From Bacillota bacterium (GTDB lineage Bacteria; Bacillota; SHA-98; UBA4971), in the NCBI GenBank assembly GCA_030024085.1, contig JASEJE010000015.1, positions 14,375 to 78,374 on the forward strand: a stretch of 64,000 nt of DNA. The letters run 5' to 3'. The notes under the pieces are model-generated. The model ran no database searches, had not been told where the DNA came from, and saw only the letters and a list, made by a program, of their open reading frames with translations. The position numbers were made by a program, and so were the translations under genes. Shown one piece after another: positions 18,367 through 29,564 of the stretch. Position 1 is the first letter of the stretch. Each line of letters opens with the position of its first letter.

Positions 18367-18777
18367 TTACCTCTTCGAGAACTGAGGAGCCTTACGTGCC
18401 TTCTTGAGGCCGTACTTCCGCCGCTCTTTCATGCGCGGGTCGCGAGTGAGGAGACCTGCTCCCTTGAGAGCCGGACGCAGGTCGGGGTTTACAGCCTGGA
18501 GCGCCCTGGCGATGCCATGGGTAACGGCTCCCGCCTGACCTGTGGGACCGCCGCCCTCGACCTTGGCAACCACATCATACTTGTCGGCGGTCTCAGTAAC
18601 CACGAAAGGCCGCCGTACGAGGATCTCCAGGATCTTCCGACCGAAATACTCAGATACGGGCTTTCCGTTAACAATAATGTCTCCATGGCCAGGTTTCAAC
18701 TGCACCCTCGCCACGGAACACTTGCGCCTGCCTGTCGCGAGCATGGCCGATGCATTGCCGATCTCAGCTAGTGCCAT
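18367..18777 (-). CDS. rpsI: 30S ribosomal protein S9
   Basis: [10 protein letters not shown]...ends [12 protein letters not shown]. Confidence 0.9.
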   Translation of the reverse strand: MALAEIGNASAMLATGRRKCSVARVQLKPGHGDIIVNGKPVSEYFGRKILEILVRRPFVVTETADKYDVVAKVEGGGPTGQAGAVTHGIARALQAVNPDLRPALKGAGLLTRDPRMKERRKYGLKKARKAPQFSKR

Positions 18778-18813
18778 GCCTTACCCCCCTTTCGTGCCTG
18801 TGCCTCGGTCCCC

Positions 18814-19248
18814 TCATTCCTCGATCTCGAGGGGTTTCGGCTTCTGCGCCGCGTGCGGGTGCTCTGCGCCGCGGTATACTTTCAGCTTCTTCCAGAGCGA
18901 ACGCCCAAGCCGATTATGGGGAAGCATACCCCTCACGGCGTGTTCTATGACAGCCTCGGGCCTCCTCGAGATCATGACATCGTAAGGAACGGCCCGAAGC
19001 GCGCCCGGATAGCCGCTGTGTCTGTAATACATCTTGTCCTTCGCCTTGTTGCCGGTGACCCTGACCTTCTCGGCGTTGATGACGATCACGTGGTCGCCGG
19101 TGTCGAGACTGGGCGTGTACGTGGGTTTATGCTTACCCCGTATCACCTTCGCAACCTGGCTTGCGAGCCTGCCGAGGGTCTTTCCCTCGGCGTCCACCAC
19201 ATACCATTCCCCGCCCTGCGCATCGGGCCTGGGCCCACTGCCAGTCAT
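18814..19248 (-). CDS. rplM: 50S ribosomal protein L13
   Basis: [32 protein letters not shown]. Confidence 0.9.
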   Translation of the reverse strand: MTGSGPRPDAQGGEWYVVDAEGKTLGRLASQVAKVIRGKHKPTYTPSLDTGDHVIVINAEKVRVTGNKAKDKMYYRHSGYPGALRAVPYDVMISRRPEAVIEHAVRGMLPHNRLGRSLWKKLKVYRGAEHPHAAQKPKPLEIEE

Positions 19249-19338
19249 AAAAGATCCACCTCACAACGCTTTGACCTGGTAAATTGCAGAATCGCGGCCA
19301 GAGAAACCAAATGCGGGCCGCAAGCCCCAACGCGTATT

Positions 19339-20223
19339 CTAATATACCCTCGCCAGCGTGTCAAGAACGAACCATGCGCCCCTGCGTCCCTCCTGCGCCC
19401 CTTGCGCCCGCCCCCTGCTGCCCGTGCGGTGGTCGGTCGTGCCAGAGTCGGGGTCGGGGTTGGGATCGGGGTCGAGGTCGGGCTCGCCACCGTAGTCCAC
19501 ACGCACCAGGCAGAGACCTTTCGCCGGAGCCGTGGGACCCGCCAGCCGCCTGTCGCGCCTGTCCCGGATCCGCGCCACGTCACCAGGCGCAAGCTTCCCA
19601 GTGCCCACCATTATCAGAGTGCCCACGATTATCCTCACCATGTTGTAGAGAAACCCGTCGGCCTCCACAGTTACCCTGACGAGGCCCTCCCCGGCCTCCA
19701 GCGCGCAGCGCCTGACCTCGCGAGTGAACGTCTTCGCCCCGCCGTGAGCTGCCGCAAACGACCGGAAGTCATGCCGCCCAACGATATGTCCACACCCCTC
19801 CCGCATCGCCTCCATGTCGAGCGCGAGAGGGATGTGGTGGGCATAGTTCCGGAGGAACACCGATGGGACAGGCCTCGTGTCGATGACGTACTGGTAGGTC
19901 TTCCCCCGAGCATCATACCGCGCGTGAAACTCGTATGGCGCGTCCCCGGCCCCAATCACCCTGATGTCCGCCGGGAGCACGCTGTTCAGCGCGGGGACGA
20001 ACTTCTCCGCCGGCATCCTCGCACCCGTCCGGAAATTCACTACCTGGCCCACCGCATGCACTCCGGCGTCCGTCCGGCCTGCCCCTATGACGTTTGCCGG
20101 CGTCTTCGTTATGACGGCCACAGCGCGCTCCAGCTCAGACTGGATCGTCGGCAGGCCGTCCTGCCGCTGAAACCCGTAATACGCTGTGCCGTCGTATTCC
20201 ACCGTCAGTCTGATGTTCCTCAT
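19339..20223 (-). CDS. truA: tRNA pseudouridine(38-40) synthase TruA with an unusual ~50-aa Pro/Asp-rich C-terminal extension
   Basis: MRNIRLTVEYDGTAYYGFQRQ...GRTDAGVHA catalytic Asp motif. ATG at 20223 chosen (the ORF-track N-extension was rejected). C-terminal DPDPNPDPD tail. Confidence 0.8.
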   Translation of the reverse strand: MRNIRLTVEYDGTAYYGFQRQDGLPTIQSELERAVAVITKTPANVIGAGRTDAGVHAVGQVVNFRTGARMPAEKFVPALNSVLPADIRVIGAGDAPYEFHARYDARGKTYQYVIDTRPVPSVFLRNYAHHIPLALDMEAMREGCGHIVGRHDFRSFAAAHGGAKTFTREVRRCALEAGEGLVRVTVEADGFLYNMVRIIVGTLIMVGTGKLAPGDVARIRDRRDRRLAGPTAPAKGLCLVRVDYGGEPDLDPDPNPDPDSGTTDHRTGSRGRAQGAQEGRRGAWFVLDTLARVY

Positions 20224-20396
20224 AGCCCACACCGGTTGCCGGAGGTTGCCGGTACCCGCACCATGTGGCCGCAGGATTTCGCCGCTTGCCTGCAGCCCGG
20301 ATTCCACGGAGGGAGAACGTCGGCGCCCCTGGACGCAGCACCCGCGACCCCGAGCGCGCCATGCCGGCGACGCGGACTCGTAAGCCCACTCCCCGC

Positions 20397-21197
20397 TCAG
20401 AAATACACCGCCACGAGAGCGAGAACCGCCGTGGACCCCAGAGTCGCCAGAACGTCTCTTGCGCCCGCGCGCAGCTGCTTCATCCTTGTGCGGCCCTGCC
20501 CACCCCGGTAGCACCTGGCCTCCATGGCCATGGCAAGCTCGTCGGCCCGCCGGAACGCGCTCACGAAGAGCGGCACCAGAAGCGGAACGAGGCTCTTCGC
20601 CTTCTGGAGTACGTTTCCGGTCTGGAAGTCGGCCCCGCGCGCCATCTGGGCTTTCATGATCTTGTCGGTCTCTTCGAGGAGAGTCGGTATGAACCTCAGC
20701 GCTATCGTCATCATCATGGCCAGCTCGTGCGCGGGCACTCCCACCAGCCTCGCCGGCGCGAGAAGGCTCTCGATGCCATCGGTGAGCTCAATGGGGGACG
20801 TGCTCAGCGTCAGGATAGACGTCGCCAGCACGAGCAGGACGAGGCGCATCGACATGGCGAACCCCCTGAAAGCTCCCTCATACGTGGCAACCAGCGGACC
20901 GAGCCTGAAGATCACCCGCCCCTCGTTCATGAAGAGATGAAGCCCGAACGTCAGCACTAGGATGAAAAGCAAGGGCCGCACACCGCGAAGCACGAACCTG
21001 GCCGGTAAATGGGCGAGGACCATGGCGCCAAGAATGAAGAGGAGGATGATCCCATACCCCGCCATCGTATGGACCAGGAACAGCACGGTGATGACGGCGA
21101 GAGCGATGAGCATCTTCGCCCTCGGATCAAGCCTGTGCACCGGCGAGTCGCCGGGGATGTACTGGCCGATGGTGACGTTACCGAACACGGCCCTCAC
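20397..21197 (-). CDS. ecfT: energy-coupling factor transporter transmembrane subunit EcfT
   Basis: Multi-TM protein. Position after ecfA1A2 as in Firmicutes. Confidence 0.85.
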   Translation of the reverse strand: MRAVFGNVTIGQYIPGDSPVHRLDPRAKMLIALAVITVLFLVHTMAGYGIILLFILGAMVLAHLPARFVLRGVRPLLFILVLTFGLHLFMNEGRVIFRLGPLVATYEGAFRGFAMSMRLVLLVLATSILTLSTSPIELTDGIESLLAPARLVGVPAHELAMMMTIALRFIPTLLEETDKIMKAQMARGADFQTGNVLQKAKSLVPLLVPLFVSAFRRADELAMAMEARCYRGGQGRTRMKQLRAGARDVLATLGSTAVLALVAVYF

Positions 21198-22044
21198 TCC
21201 TGAGGAGCCTCAGAAGCTCCGCTTTCGCCTCTTCCACTGTGAGCATGTCAGTCCTCACCTGTTTTCCCCGCCTCGCAAGCTCGTGCATGAGTTCGGTGAC
21301 CTGGGGAACACCGAGGCCCGTGTCCCTCAGGAGGTCCGTCATGCAGAACACCTCGCGCACCGGCCCGTCGGCCACCACCCGCCCCTCGTGCATCACGACG
21401 AGCCTTTTGGCAAGCCTGGCAACGTCCTCCATGCTGTGGGACACCAGCACGACCGTGTATTCGAACTCCCGGTGAAGCGTCTCCATCTCTCTGAGCAGCT
21501 CGTCGCGGCCGCGCGGGTCCAGGCCTGATACCGGCTCGTCGAGGACGAGCACCGACGGCTCCATGGCGAGCACCCCGGCTATCGCAGCCCGCCTCATTTC
21601 GCCGCCGGACAGCTCGAACGGGGACCTGTCCCTCACGGCCTCGAAGTCGAGCCCGACCATCTCGATGGCCCGCCTCACGCGCCGGGAGATCTCGTCCTCG
21701 TCGAGTCCCAGGTTCCTGGGACCAAAGGCCACATCCGCAAACACAGTCTCCTCGAAGAGCTGATGCTCCGGGTACTGAAATACGAGGCCGACCTTCTGGC
21801 GGATGTCCTTGAGCCGCACGTCCCTCTGCCAGATGTCCACGGCGTCGACAAGGACCCGCCCCCGCGTGGGCTTCAGGAGCCCGTTGAAGTGCTGTATGAG
21901 CGTGGACTTTCCCGACCCTGTCTCCCCTATGATCCCGATAAACTCCCCGTCGTGTATGTCGAGGTTGACGTCCTCGAGTGCGGCGCGCTCGAAGGGCGTG
22001 CCCGGGTTGTACGTGTAGTAGAGGCCCTCAACCCTTATCGACAC
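21178..22044 (-). CDS. ecfA2: ECF transporter ATPase EcfA2
   Basis: GETGSGKST Walker A, LSGGEMRRAAIAG, VLDEP. Confidence 0.85.
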   Translation of the reverse strand: MSIRVEGLYYTYNPGTPFERAALEDVNLDIHDGEFIGIIGETGSGKSTLIQHFNGLLKPTRGRVLVDAVDIWQRDVRLKDIRQKVGLVFQYPEHQLFEETVFADVAFGPRNLGLDEDEISRRVRRAIEMVGLDFEAVRDRSPFELSGGEMRRAAIAGVLAMEPSVLVLDEPVSGLDPRGRDELLREMETLHREFEYTVVLVSHSMEDVARLAKRLVVMHEGRVVADGPVREVFCMTDLLRDTGLGVPQVTELMHELARRGKQVRTDMLTVEEAKAELLRLLRSEGRVR

Positions 22045-22053
22045 GGCCCTTCA

Positions 22054-23106
22054 TCACCTTCCCCCGCACGAGGCCGCTGCGGCGCGCCCACCGTCAGGCT
22101 CGTCGTCGGCCCGGCTCCCGCACCCGAAGCCTCCGGCCGCGCCGGTCGTCCCAGACGCGCAGGTCGGGCCGCCGGTCGGGCCGGCTGCGGCGCCGGACGA
22201 TCCGTGTGCTCGAGACATCAGGCCCGGCCTGCTGGCCCGCCCATCTCCCGCTGTGGAGTGCAGGTCGCCGCTCGCGCCGGTGACTGCGTCGGCAAACTCC
22301 TCTACGGTCAGGATATCAGGCGGAAGATGCGCCCCACTCCTGTTCAACTCATACGCAAGCTCAGTCACCTGCGGGACGTCCAGGTGCAGTGACCTCAGGG
22401 TCTCCACCTGGCTGAACACCTTGCGCGGACTTCCGTCGAGGACGATCCGGCCCGCCTCCATCACGATCACGCGGTCAGCCTGTACTGCTTCACTCATGAA
22501 GTGGGTGATCAGAATGACGGTGATGCCCTCCTCCCTGTTCAGGCGCGCGACGGTCCGCATGACCTCGCGTCTTCCCGAAGGGTCGAGCATCGCCGTGGGC
22601 TCATCGAGTACGATGCACTCCGGACGCATTGCGATGACCCCTGCAATGGCGATACGCTGCTTCTGTCCCCCCGACAGGAGATGAGGGGCATGCTTCGGGT
22701 ATTCCGCCATGTCGACGCACTCCAGCGCCTCCCGCACCCGCCGCCGGATCTCGGCAGGGGGCACGCCCAGGTTCTCGGGGCCGAAGGCCACGTCCTCCTC
22801 GACGGTCGTGGCGACGATCTGGTTGTCAGGGTTCTGGAACACCATGCCCACCGTCTGACGTATCTTCCACAGGTTGCGCAGGTCGCTGGTTTTCATCCCC
22901 TTGACCCACACCGTCCCTGACGTGGGAACGAGAAGGGCGTTGAAATGCTTGGCCAGCGTGGACTTGCCTGACCCGTTGTGGCCGATGACGGCGACGAACT
23001 CTCCCCGCACGACGGCGAGGTTCACGCCGCGAAGCGCGGCGTGCGCGCCCTCACCGCCGGGCCCGTACTGGTATGCCAGGTTTTCGGCCCTCAGCATCTC
23101 CTCCAA
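22054..23106 (-). CDS. ecfA1: ECF transporter ATPase EcfA1 with ~70-aa Gly/Ala/Ser-rich C-terminal tail
   Basis: [33 protein letters not shown]. In-frame low-complexity C-terminus. Confidence 0.8.
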   Translation of the reverse strand: MEEMLRAENLAYQYGPGGEGAHAALRGVNLAVVRGEFVAVIGHNGSGKSTLAKHFNALLVPTSGTVWVKGMKTSDLRNLWKIRQTVGMVFQNPDNQIVATTVEEDVAFGPENLGVPPAEIRRRVREALECVDMAEYPKHAPHLLSGGQKQRIAIAGVIAMRPECIVLDEPTAMLDPSGRREVMRTVARLNREEGITVILITHFMSEAVQADRVIVMEAGRIVLDGSPRKVFSQVETLRSLHLDVPQVTELAYELNRSGAHLPPDILTVEEFADAVTGASGDLHSTAGDGRASRPGLMSRAHGSSGAAAGPTGGPTCASGTTGAAGGFGCGSRADDEPDGGRAAAASCGGR

Positions 23107-23120
23107 GGAGACGTCCCCCT

Positions 23121-23152
23121 AAAACCCACAAAAAGTGCGCAGTCGCGCACTC
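23121..23152 (-). terminator. intrinsic terminator downstream of rplQ (end of alpha operon)
   Basis: Minus strand reads AGTGCGCGACTGCGCACT followed by TTTTTGTGGGTTTT. Confidence 0.6.
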
Positions 23153-23188
23153 TTGCAGGAAGAGATGGTTCAGCCATCGGGTGAGTCG

Positions 23189-23527
23189 TTACAGCAGTTC
23201 GACTATGACCTCGGATGCGGCATCGCCCTGGCGCTCCCCCAGCTTGACGGTGCGGACGTAACCGCCCTGACGGTCCCTGTATCTCGGCGCAATGGTATCG
23301 AAGAGCTTCTTCGTGACTGCGTCGCTTCTGACATACCCGGCGACGAGCCTCCGGGCATGAAGGTCGCCCCTCTTGGCGAGGGTGATCAGCTTCTCCGCGA
23401 CCGGTTCCAGCTGCTTCGCCTTACCCTCGGTCGTGCGGATGCGCTCGTGCTCGAAGAGCGATGTCACGATGCTCCGGAGCATCGCCTTTCTATGGGCGCT
23501 CGTGCGCCCCAGCTTCGCCTGGTTCAT
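23189..23527 (-). CDS. rplQ: 50S ribosomal protein L17
   Basis: [38 protein letters not shown]. Confidence 0.9.
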   Translation of the reverse strand: MNQAKLGRTSAHRKAMLRSIVTSLFEHERIRTTEGKAKQLEPVAEKLITLAKRGDLHARRLVAGYVRSDAVTKKLFDTIAPRYRDRQGGYVRTVKLGERQGDAASEVIVELL

Positions 23528-23617
23528 ATCGAGATCCCTCCCGGACCAGAGGTCCCAAACGCTCTAGTTTCCACACCTGGCCAGCATATCACCGTCGAGA
23601 AAGCCCCGCTGAGTCCA

Positions 23618-24565
23618 CTACTCCTCCTGGTCTTCCGAGGGACGAAGGGATAGGCCGAGATTTGCCAGCTTTCCCTTGACTTCCTCCAGCGACTTCTTCC
23701 CGAGGTTCCTGACCTTCATCATGTCCTCCTCGGTCTTCCTGACGAGCTCCTGCACGGTGTTTATGCCCGCCCTCTTCAGGCAGTTGTAAGACCGCACCGA
23801 CAGATCCAGCTCTTCTATGGGCATGTCCAGAACACTATCCTTCTCATCCTCCGCTTTCTCCACCATCATCTCAATACGGTCGACTGTCTCCGTAAGGCTG
23901 GTGAACAGCGAAAGGTGACTTGCCAGGATCTTCGCCGCGAGGCTCGTGGCCTCCTTCGGCGGGACGCTCCCGTCGGTCCAGACCTCGAGTATGAGGCGGT
24001 CGTAGTCGGTGACCTGCCCGACTCGCGTATTCTCCACCTGGTAGTTCACCTTGCGGACAGGCGTGAAGATGGAGTCCACCGGGATCACTCCGATCACCGG
24101 CTCGCCCCTGCGTTTCTCAGCGGGGACATAGCCCCTGCCCTTCTCGATGGTTATCTCGGCGAAGAGCCTGCCGTTCTTGTCGAGCGTGGCTATGTGAAGC
24201 TCGGGGTTCAGGATCTCCACGTCAGGGTCGGCTATGATGTCCCTGGCCTTGACCTCCCCCTCGCCCTCAGCCTCGATCCTCACGACCTTCGGCCCGCCGG
24301 AATGCAACTTGACAAGGAGGTCCTTGAGGTTCAGGAGAATGTCGACGGTGTCCTCCACGACCCCGGGTATCACGGAGAACTCGTGAAGAACCCCCTCTAT
24401 CTTCACAGAAGAGACCGCTGCCCCCGGCAGGGATGAAAGGAGCACCCTCCGGAGCGCGTTCCCCAGGGTTATCCCGTAGCCCCTCTCGAGAGGTTCCACC
24501 ACGAACTTGCCGTAGTCGCTGGTGGCCTCCTGGCATTCGATTCTGGGCTTCTCTATCTCGATCAT
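23618..24565 (-). CDS. rpoA: DNA-directed RNA polymerase subunit alpha
   Basis: [10 protein letters not shown]... Start ATG at 24565 with RBS GAAGGGAGAG. Full alpha NTD/CTD. Confidence 0.9.
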   Translation of the reverse strand: MIEIEKPRIECQEATSDYGKFVVEPLERGYGITLGNALRRVLLSSLPGAAVSSVKIEGVLHEFSVIPGVVEDTVDILLNLKDLLVKLHSGGPKVVRIEAEGEGEVKARDIIADPDVEILNPELHIATLDKNGRLFAEITIEKGRGYVPAEKRRGEPVIGVIPVDSIFTPVRKVNYQVENTRVGQVTDYDRLILEVWTDGSVPPKEATSLAAKILASHLSLFTSLTETVDRIEMMVEKAEDEKDSVLDMPIEELDLSVRSYNCLKRAGINTVQELVRKTEEDMMKVRNLGKKSLEEVKGKLANLGLSLRPSEDQEE

Positions 24566-24667
24566 CCGCAGCTCTCCCTTCTGGTTTGTGCGGACCGCGC
24601 GCATGAGAGCCTGTCGCGATATCGCATGTCCCGCCCGGCGGCCGGGCGCGGCTCGTGCGACTACCGG

Positions 24668-25294
24668 TTACCTCGAGTACAGCTCGACAATCATGTGCTC
24701 CTGAACAGGTACGTCGATCTGCTCCCGTGTGGGCAGGCCGAGGATGGTCGCGCTCATGCCGTCGGGGTTGAGAGACAGCCACGCGGGCACCGAGCGACCG
24801 GGGGCGGCCTCCGCAGCCAGCTTGAACCGCGTAAGCTCCCGGCTTCCCTCCCGCACCGACACCACATCGCCTGGCTGCACGAGGTACGACGGAATGCTGA
24901 CCTTGTCTCCGTTTACGGCCATGTGGCCGTGCCTCACCATCTGGCGCGCCTCGGCCCTGGATGTTGCGAGACCCATGCGGTACACCACATTGTCCAGCCT
25001 GGACTCGAGTATCTGGAGAAGCGCCTCGCCGGTGACCCCACGCTTTCTTGACGCCATCTCGAAGTAACGTTCGAACTGCCTCTCGAGGACCCCATATATG
25101 CGGCGAAGCTTCTGCTTCTCGCGAAGCTGAACTGCGTACTCCGACATCTTCTTACGGCCCTGGCCGTGCTCACCAGGTGCATACGGCCGGCGATCGACCG
25201 AACATCTCTCGGTGTAACACCTGTCGCCTTTCAGGTACAGCTTCATGCCTTCGCGCCGGCACAACCTGCATACCGACTCTGTGTACCTGGCCAT
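24668..25294 (-). CDS. rpsD: 30S ribosomal protein S4
   Basis: [26 protein letters not shown]. Confidence 0.9.
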   Translation of the reverse strand: MARYTESVCRLCRREGMKLYLKGDRCYTERCSVDRRPYAPGEHGQGRKKMSEYAVQLREKQKLRRIYGVLERQFERYFEMASRKRGVTGEALLQILESRLDNVVYRMGLATSRAEARQMVRHGHMAVNGDKVSIPSYLVQPGDVVSVREGSRELTRFKLAAEAAPGRSVPAWLSLNPDGMSATILGLPTREQIDVPVQEHMIVELYSR

Positions 25295-25348
25295 CTAGCT
25301 TCCACCTCCTGATATCGTCAATGCTGTGCTGTCTCGCGTCCTGTCTCA

Positions 25349-25738
25349 TCATACCCTTCTGCGTTTCGGCGGCCGGCACCCGTTGTGAGGAATCGGGGTG
25401 ACGTCGCGGATCATGCTCACCTCGAGACCGGTGGCTTGCAGCGATCTGATAGCGGCTTCCCGGCCGGACCCCGGCCCTTTCACGAGCACCTCTATCTGGC
25501 GCATGCCGTGGTCCATGGCTGCCCTGGCAGCCGCCTCCGCCGCCATCTGTGCGGCAAACGGAGTGCCTTTCCTGGATCCTTTAAAGCCCTGCTTGCCGGC
25601 ACTCGACCACGAGACCACTCCGCCCTTCGGATCCGTTATGGTGACGATGGTATTATTAAACGTCGAGCGGATGTGCGCAACCCCGCTCTCGACGTTCTTG
25701 CGCTCACGCCTCTTCGTTCGTGTTGTCTTCCTCGGCAC
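25349..25738 (-). CDS. rpsK: 30S ribosomal protein S11
   Basis: [18 protein letters not shown]. Confidence 0.9.
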   Translation of the reverse strand: MPRKTTRTKRRERKNVESGVAHIRSTFNNTIVTITDPKGGVVSWSSAGKQGFKGSRKGTPFAAQMAAEAAARAAMDHGMRQIEVLVKGPGSGREAAIRSLQATGLEVSMIRDVTPIPHNGCRPPKRRRV

Positions 25739-25756
25739 GCCTCATGCTCCCCTTTC

Positions 25757-26128
25757 TCACTTGGATCTCCTCACACCCACGGTCTTCCTCGGACCCTTTC
25801 TCGTCCTGGCATTGGTCCTGGTGCGCTGACCCCTCACGGGCATGCCCCTCCGGTGGCGAAGCCCGCGATAGGTCCCGATATCGATGAGCCGCTTGATGTC
25901 GGCGGCCTGTTCAGAGCGAAGTTCCCCTTCGACCTTGTACTCCTTGTCTATGACCTCCCGAAGCCGCGTGATCTCTTCCTCCGTGAGATCACGCACCCTG
26001 GTGTCCGGGCTCACACCGGTCTTCTCCAGAATCTCCTTCGAGGTCGTAAGGCCCAAACCGTATATATAAGTCAGAGCTACCTCGATCCTTTTGTCCCTGG
26101 GAAGGTCAACCCCTGCGATCCTGGCCAT
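25757..26128 (-). CDS. rpsM: 30S ribosomal protein S13
   Basis: [24 protein letters not shown]. Confidence 0.9.
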   Translation of the reverse strand: MARIAGVDLPRDKRIEVALTYIYGLGLTTSKEILEKTGVSPDTRVRDLTEEEITRLREVIDKEYKVEGELRSEQAADIKRLIDIGTYRGLRHRRGMPVRGQRTRTNARTRKGPRKTVGVRRSK

Positions 26129-26148
26129 TCTTTCATCTCACCTCCAGC

Positions 26149-26262
26149 CTAGCCCTGCCGCTGCTTGTGTTTGGGATTCTCGCAGATAACCCGAAGGACG
26201 CCCTTGCGCCTGATTATCTTGCACTTATCACATATCTTCTTCACCGATGGCCGAACTTTCAT
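26149..26262 (-). CDS. rpmJ: 50S ribosomal protein L36 (zinc-ribbon form)
   Basis: [47 protein letters not shown]. Confidence 0.9.
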   Translation of the reverse strand: MKVRPSVKKICDKCKIIRRKGVLRVICENPKHKQRQG

Positions 26263-26333
26263 CTCAAACCCTCCTGGCATTCCCGGTTCATGGCGCTGGT
26301 GAGCCTCACCTTCAAGACGCCATCGAAGCACCC

Positions 26334-26552
26334 TCACTTGAACCTGTAAGTTATCCTGCCTCGCGAGAGATCATAAGGCGAGAGCTCAACGCTTACCCTG
26401 TCCCCCGGCAGAATACGTATGAAGTTCATGCGCATCTTGCCGGACACGTGGGCAAGCACCCTGTGGCCGTTCTCGAGCTCGACCCTGAACATCGCGTTGG
26501 GCAGAGCCTCGATGACGGTTCCCTCGACCTCGATCGCATCCTTCTTACTCAT
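26334..26552 (-). CDS. infA: translation initiation factor IF-1
   Basis: [41 protein letters not shown]... Confidence 0.9.
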   Translation of the reverse strand: MSKKDAIEVEGTVIEALPNAMFRVELENGHRVLAHVSGKMRMNFIRILPGDRVSVELSPYDLSRGRITYRFK

Positions 26553-26862
26553 GAGACCAGTCCGCCTTCCCGCAGGAATCATTATCAACTGCTCTCAAAG
26601 CCTCCCGGACCTCCTCATCGGTGACGCGCACACCTGCAAGCACCTTCGACTCGACGCCGCCGTCCACCTTGCGCGTGGCCATGAGATGGCGCACGTTCTT
26701 CTTCTTCGGGTTGGACACTCGCCGGTAAGTCCCGTCAGCAACGGTGACGAATGTATCGTCGATGACGTGCAGCACGATGTACCGTCTTCCTCTGTCTCTC
26801 CCCGCGATAGACACGACAACCTGGCCTGGTCGCATCTCCACTTGCCCACCGACCTCCCACAT
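26545..26862 (-). CDS. KOW domain-containing RNA-binding protein (YbzG-like, between map and infA)
   Basis: 105 aa. [22 protein letters not shown] motif. Positional conservation with Bacillus ybzG. Confidence 0.7.
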   Translation of the reverse strand: MWEVGGQVEMRPGQVVVSIAGRDRGRRYIVLHVIDDTFVTVADGTYRRVSNPKKKNVRHLMATRKVDGGVESKVLAGVRVTDEEVREALRAVDNDSCGKADWSHE

Positions 26863-26872
26863 GCCTGGACGC

Positions 26873-27622
26873 TTAGAGAGCGGTCAGTATCTCAGGCCCG
26901 TCCTGCGTCACCGCGACGGTATGCTCGAAGTGAGCCGAGAGGGAACCGTCGCGCGTGACGACGGTCCAGTTGTCGTCAAGCGTCACAACATCGAATCCCC
27001 CAGCGTTGACCATCGGCTCGATCGCGAGCGTTGCACCGGCCTTGAGTTCAGGCCCCGGTTCGTGTCGTATCACGAAATTCGGCACCCTGGGCTCCTCGTG
27101 GACGCTACGCCCGATGCCGTGGCCTGCAAGCGCCCTGACCACGGAGAAGCCGTGCGACTCCACATGCTTCTGGATCGCCCTGGAGATATCGACCACTCGG
27201 TTCCCCGCGCGGGCCTGCTCGATCCCTTTGTAGAGAGACTCACGGGTCACCCGGAGAAGGCGCACCGCTTCGCCGGACACATCGCCCACCGGTAACGTCA
27301 CCGCGGAATCCCCATGGAAACCGTCCACCATGGCTCCCACATCGACGCTGACGATATCGCCCTCGTGCAAGCGCCGGCTGCCCGGGATGCCATGAACGAC
27401 CTCATCGTTGACGGAGATGCACGCGCTCGCGGGAAAGCCATACAGCCCCTTGAACGAGGGCGCAGCCCCGCACCCCCTGATGTACTTTTCCACGAACGTG
27501 TCAATCTCACCTGTCGTAAGCCCTGGCCTGATGAAACCGGCCAACTCCTCGAGAAGCCCTGCGAGCACCCTTCCAGCCTTCCTCATGCTGGCGATCTCCG
27601 CAGAGGACTTACATATCACCAT
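26873..27622 (-). CDS. map: type I methionine aminopeptidase
   Basis: MVICKSSAEIASMRKAG... Metal ligands D..D..H..E..E pattern. The start overlaps the adk 3' end by 14 nt. Confidence 0.85.
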   Translation of the reverse strand: MVICKSSAEIASMRKAGRVLAGLLEELAGFIRPGLTTGEIDTFVEKYIRGCGAAPSFKGLYGFPASACISVNDEVVHGIPGSRRLHEGDIVSVDVGAMVDGFHGDSAVTLPVGDVSGEAVRLLRVTRESLYKGIEQARAGNRVVDISRAIQKHVESHGFSVVRALAGHGIGRSVHEEPRVPNFVIRHEPGPELKAGATLAIEPMVNAGGFDVVTLDDNWTVVTRDGSLSAHFEHTVAVTQDGPEILTAL

Positions 27623-28292
27623 CGGGGACACTTTCTTCAACAGCATTGCCTTCTTTGAGTGCTGATATGATTGACGCCGTGACCTCATCGATGTCCCGCT
27701 CGCCGTCAACGGCTACAAGCATACCTTTCCGCCGGTAGAACTCTATCACCGGCTCGGTTTCGACTGCGTAAACCCTGAGCCGTTCCCTTACCGTCTCCTC
27801 CCTGTCGTCATCGCGCTGGTACAGCGCTCCGCCGCACACCGGGCACTTTCCCGGCTCGGGAGGAGGGTTGAACTCCACATGATACACGGCGCCACACTGC
27901 CTGCACTGCCTTCGCCCCGAGAGCCGGCGCACAACCGTCTCCTCACCCGCCTCGATGCTCACAGCGGCATCGAGGCGAGTCCCGACATCCCGCAGCACGT
28001 CCTCGAGGGCACGTGCCTGCACGAGATTGCGAGGGAACCCATCCAGGACGAAGCCCCGCGAGGAGTCCGGACGCCCAAGCCTCTCCCTGACCAGCCCGAT
28101 GGTGACATCGTCAGGCACCAGCTTGCCGGCGTCCATGTACTTCTTGGCGGCAAGGCCCAGGGGCGTCTTCTGCGAAAGCGCCTCCCGGAACATCTCCCCC
28201 GTGGAGATGTGCGGCACCCCGAAATGGGCGCCAAGCCTCGTAGCCTGCGTGCCCTTGCCGACCCCCGGCGGGCCCAACAACACAAGGCGCAT
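27609..28292 (-). CDS. adk: adenylate kinase (Zn-binding lid CxxC...CxxC)
   Basis: MRLVLLGPPGVGKGTQA. CRQCG...CPVCG lid. Confidence 0.9.
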   Translation of the reverse strand: MRLVLLGPPGVGKGTQATRLGAHFGVPHISTGEMFREALSQKTPLGLAAKKYMDAGKLVPDDVTIGLVRERLGRPDSSRGFVLDGFPRNLVQARALEDVLRDVGTRLDAAVSIEAGEETVVRRLSGRRQCRQCGAVYHVEFNPPPEPGKCPVCGGALYQRDDDREETVRERLRVYAVETEPVIEFYRRKGMLVAVDGERDIDEVTASIISALKEGNAVEESVPDGDM

Positions 28293-28312
28293 CGCCAGGA
28301 ATGCCTCCCGTC

Positions 28313-29563
28313 TTACTTCATGAAGCCTTCATACTGCCTCATGAGGAGGTTTGCCTCGATCTGCTTCATCGTGTCCAGGGCCACGCCCACCACGATGAGG
28401 AGGGCCGTGCCACCGAAATAGATGGTGCTGAGCCTCGTAATACTCGTCATGATGTTCGGCAGCACCGCGACGGCAGCCAGGAACAGCCCGCCTACCAGCG
28501 TTATCCTGGTGAGCACCCGATCGAGGTATTCCGCTGTCGGCCTGCCCGGCCGCAGCCCGGGGATGAACCCGCCATACTTCTTCATGTTGTTTGCGACTTC
28601 CGTCACGTTGAACGTGATGGCCGTATAGAAGTACGTGAACGCCACAACCAGGACGGCGTATATCAGCATGTATGATATGCTGTCGCCTCGCAGCCAGTCC
28701 ATGAGGAATCTCAGCCTCGGTACGAACTGCGCGATGGTTAGCGGAAACGCCAGGAGCGACGACGCGAATATGACCGGGATCACGCCCGCTTGGTTCACCC
28801 GAAGCGGGATGTGAGTGGTCTGACCGCCGTAGACACGCCGCCCGACGACCCTCTTCGCATACTGCACCGGGATCCTTCTCGAGCCCAGCGTGATCCATAT
28901 GACCCCGACGATCGACGCGACCCCGAGCACCAGGAACAGCACGACGTTCAGGGGGCTCACACCGCCCCTACCGATACTGATTGCAGTCGTGTGCACCCCG
29001 GCCGGAAGCCTCGCTATGATGCCTGTGAAGATTATGAGCGAGATCCCGTTTCCGATGCCGTGCTCCGAGATCTTCTCGCCCAGCCACATCAGGAACGCTG
29101 TCCCCGCGGTCAGCGTGGTCACGATGAGGAAGACCGGAAGGACCCCCGGATCCTCAACCGCGCCCCGTATCCCCATGGTGATCCCGAGCGCCTGGATGAC
29201 ACCGAGCACCACAGTGCCATACCTGGTCCACTGGGCGATCTTGCGTCTCCCCTCGACTCCCTCCTTCGATAGCTCCTCGAGGCTGGGAATGACTATGGTG
29301 AGCAACTGCAGTATGATCGAAGCGGTGATGTACGGGTTCACTCCCATGGCGAAGACTGTAAACCTCCGCAGCGCTCCACCGGAGAACAGGTCGAGAAACT
29401 GGAAAATCCCTGTCTCGCCGTAGGTCTCGATAAGCCTGGCGACGTTGACGCCTGGAACCGGGATGAACGAGCCGATCCGAAATACCGCGATCAAAAGCGC
29501 GGTGTAAAGGATTTTCTTCCTCAGGTCAGCAACCCTGAAGGCGCTCGCAAGTGCTCCCAGCAA
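28313..29563 (-). CDS. secY: preprotein translocase subunit SecY
   Basis: 416 aa, 10 TM. SecY signature regions. Confidence 0.9.
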   Translation of the reverse strand: MLGALASAFRVADLRKKILYTALLIAVFRIGSFIPVPGVNVARLIETYGETGIFQFLDLFSGGALRRFTVFAMGVNPYITASIILQLLTIVIPSLEELSKEGVEGRRKIAQWTRYGTVVLGVIQALGITMGIRGAVEDPGVLPVFLIVTTLTAGTAFLMWLGEKISEHGIGNGISLIIFTGIIARLPAGVHTTAISIGRGGVSPLNVVLFLVLGVASIVGVIWITLGSRRIPVQYAKRVVGRRVYGGQTTHIPLRVNQAGVIPVIFASSLLAFPLTIAQFVPRLRFLMDWLRGDSISYMLIYAVLVVAFTYFYTAITFNVTEVANNMKKYGGFIPGLRPGRPTAEYLDRVLTRITLVGGLFLAAVAVLPNIMTSITRLSTIYFGGTALLIVVGVALDTMKQIEANLLMRQYEGFMK

Positions 29564-29564
29564 C

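Noticed and set aside
19339-20514. 391-aa form of TruA from the ORF track
   Set aside because: The N-terminal 97 aa overlap the ecfT 3' end and are low-complexity. The conserved TruA N-terminus MRNIRLTVEYDG begins at the ATG at 20223.
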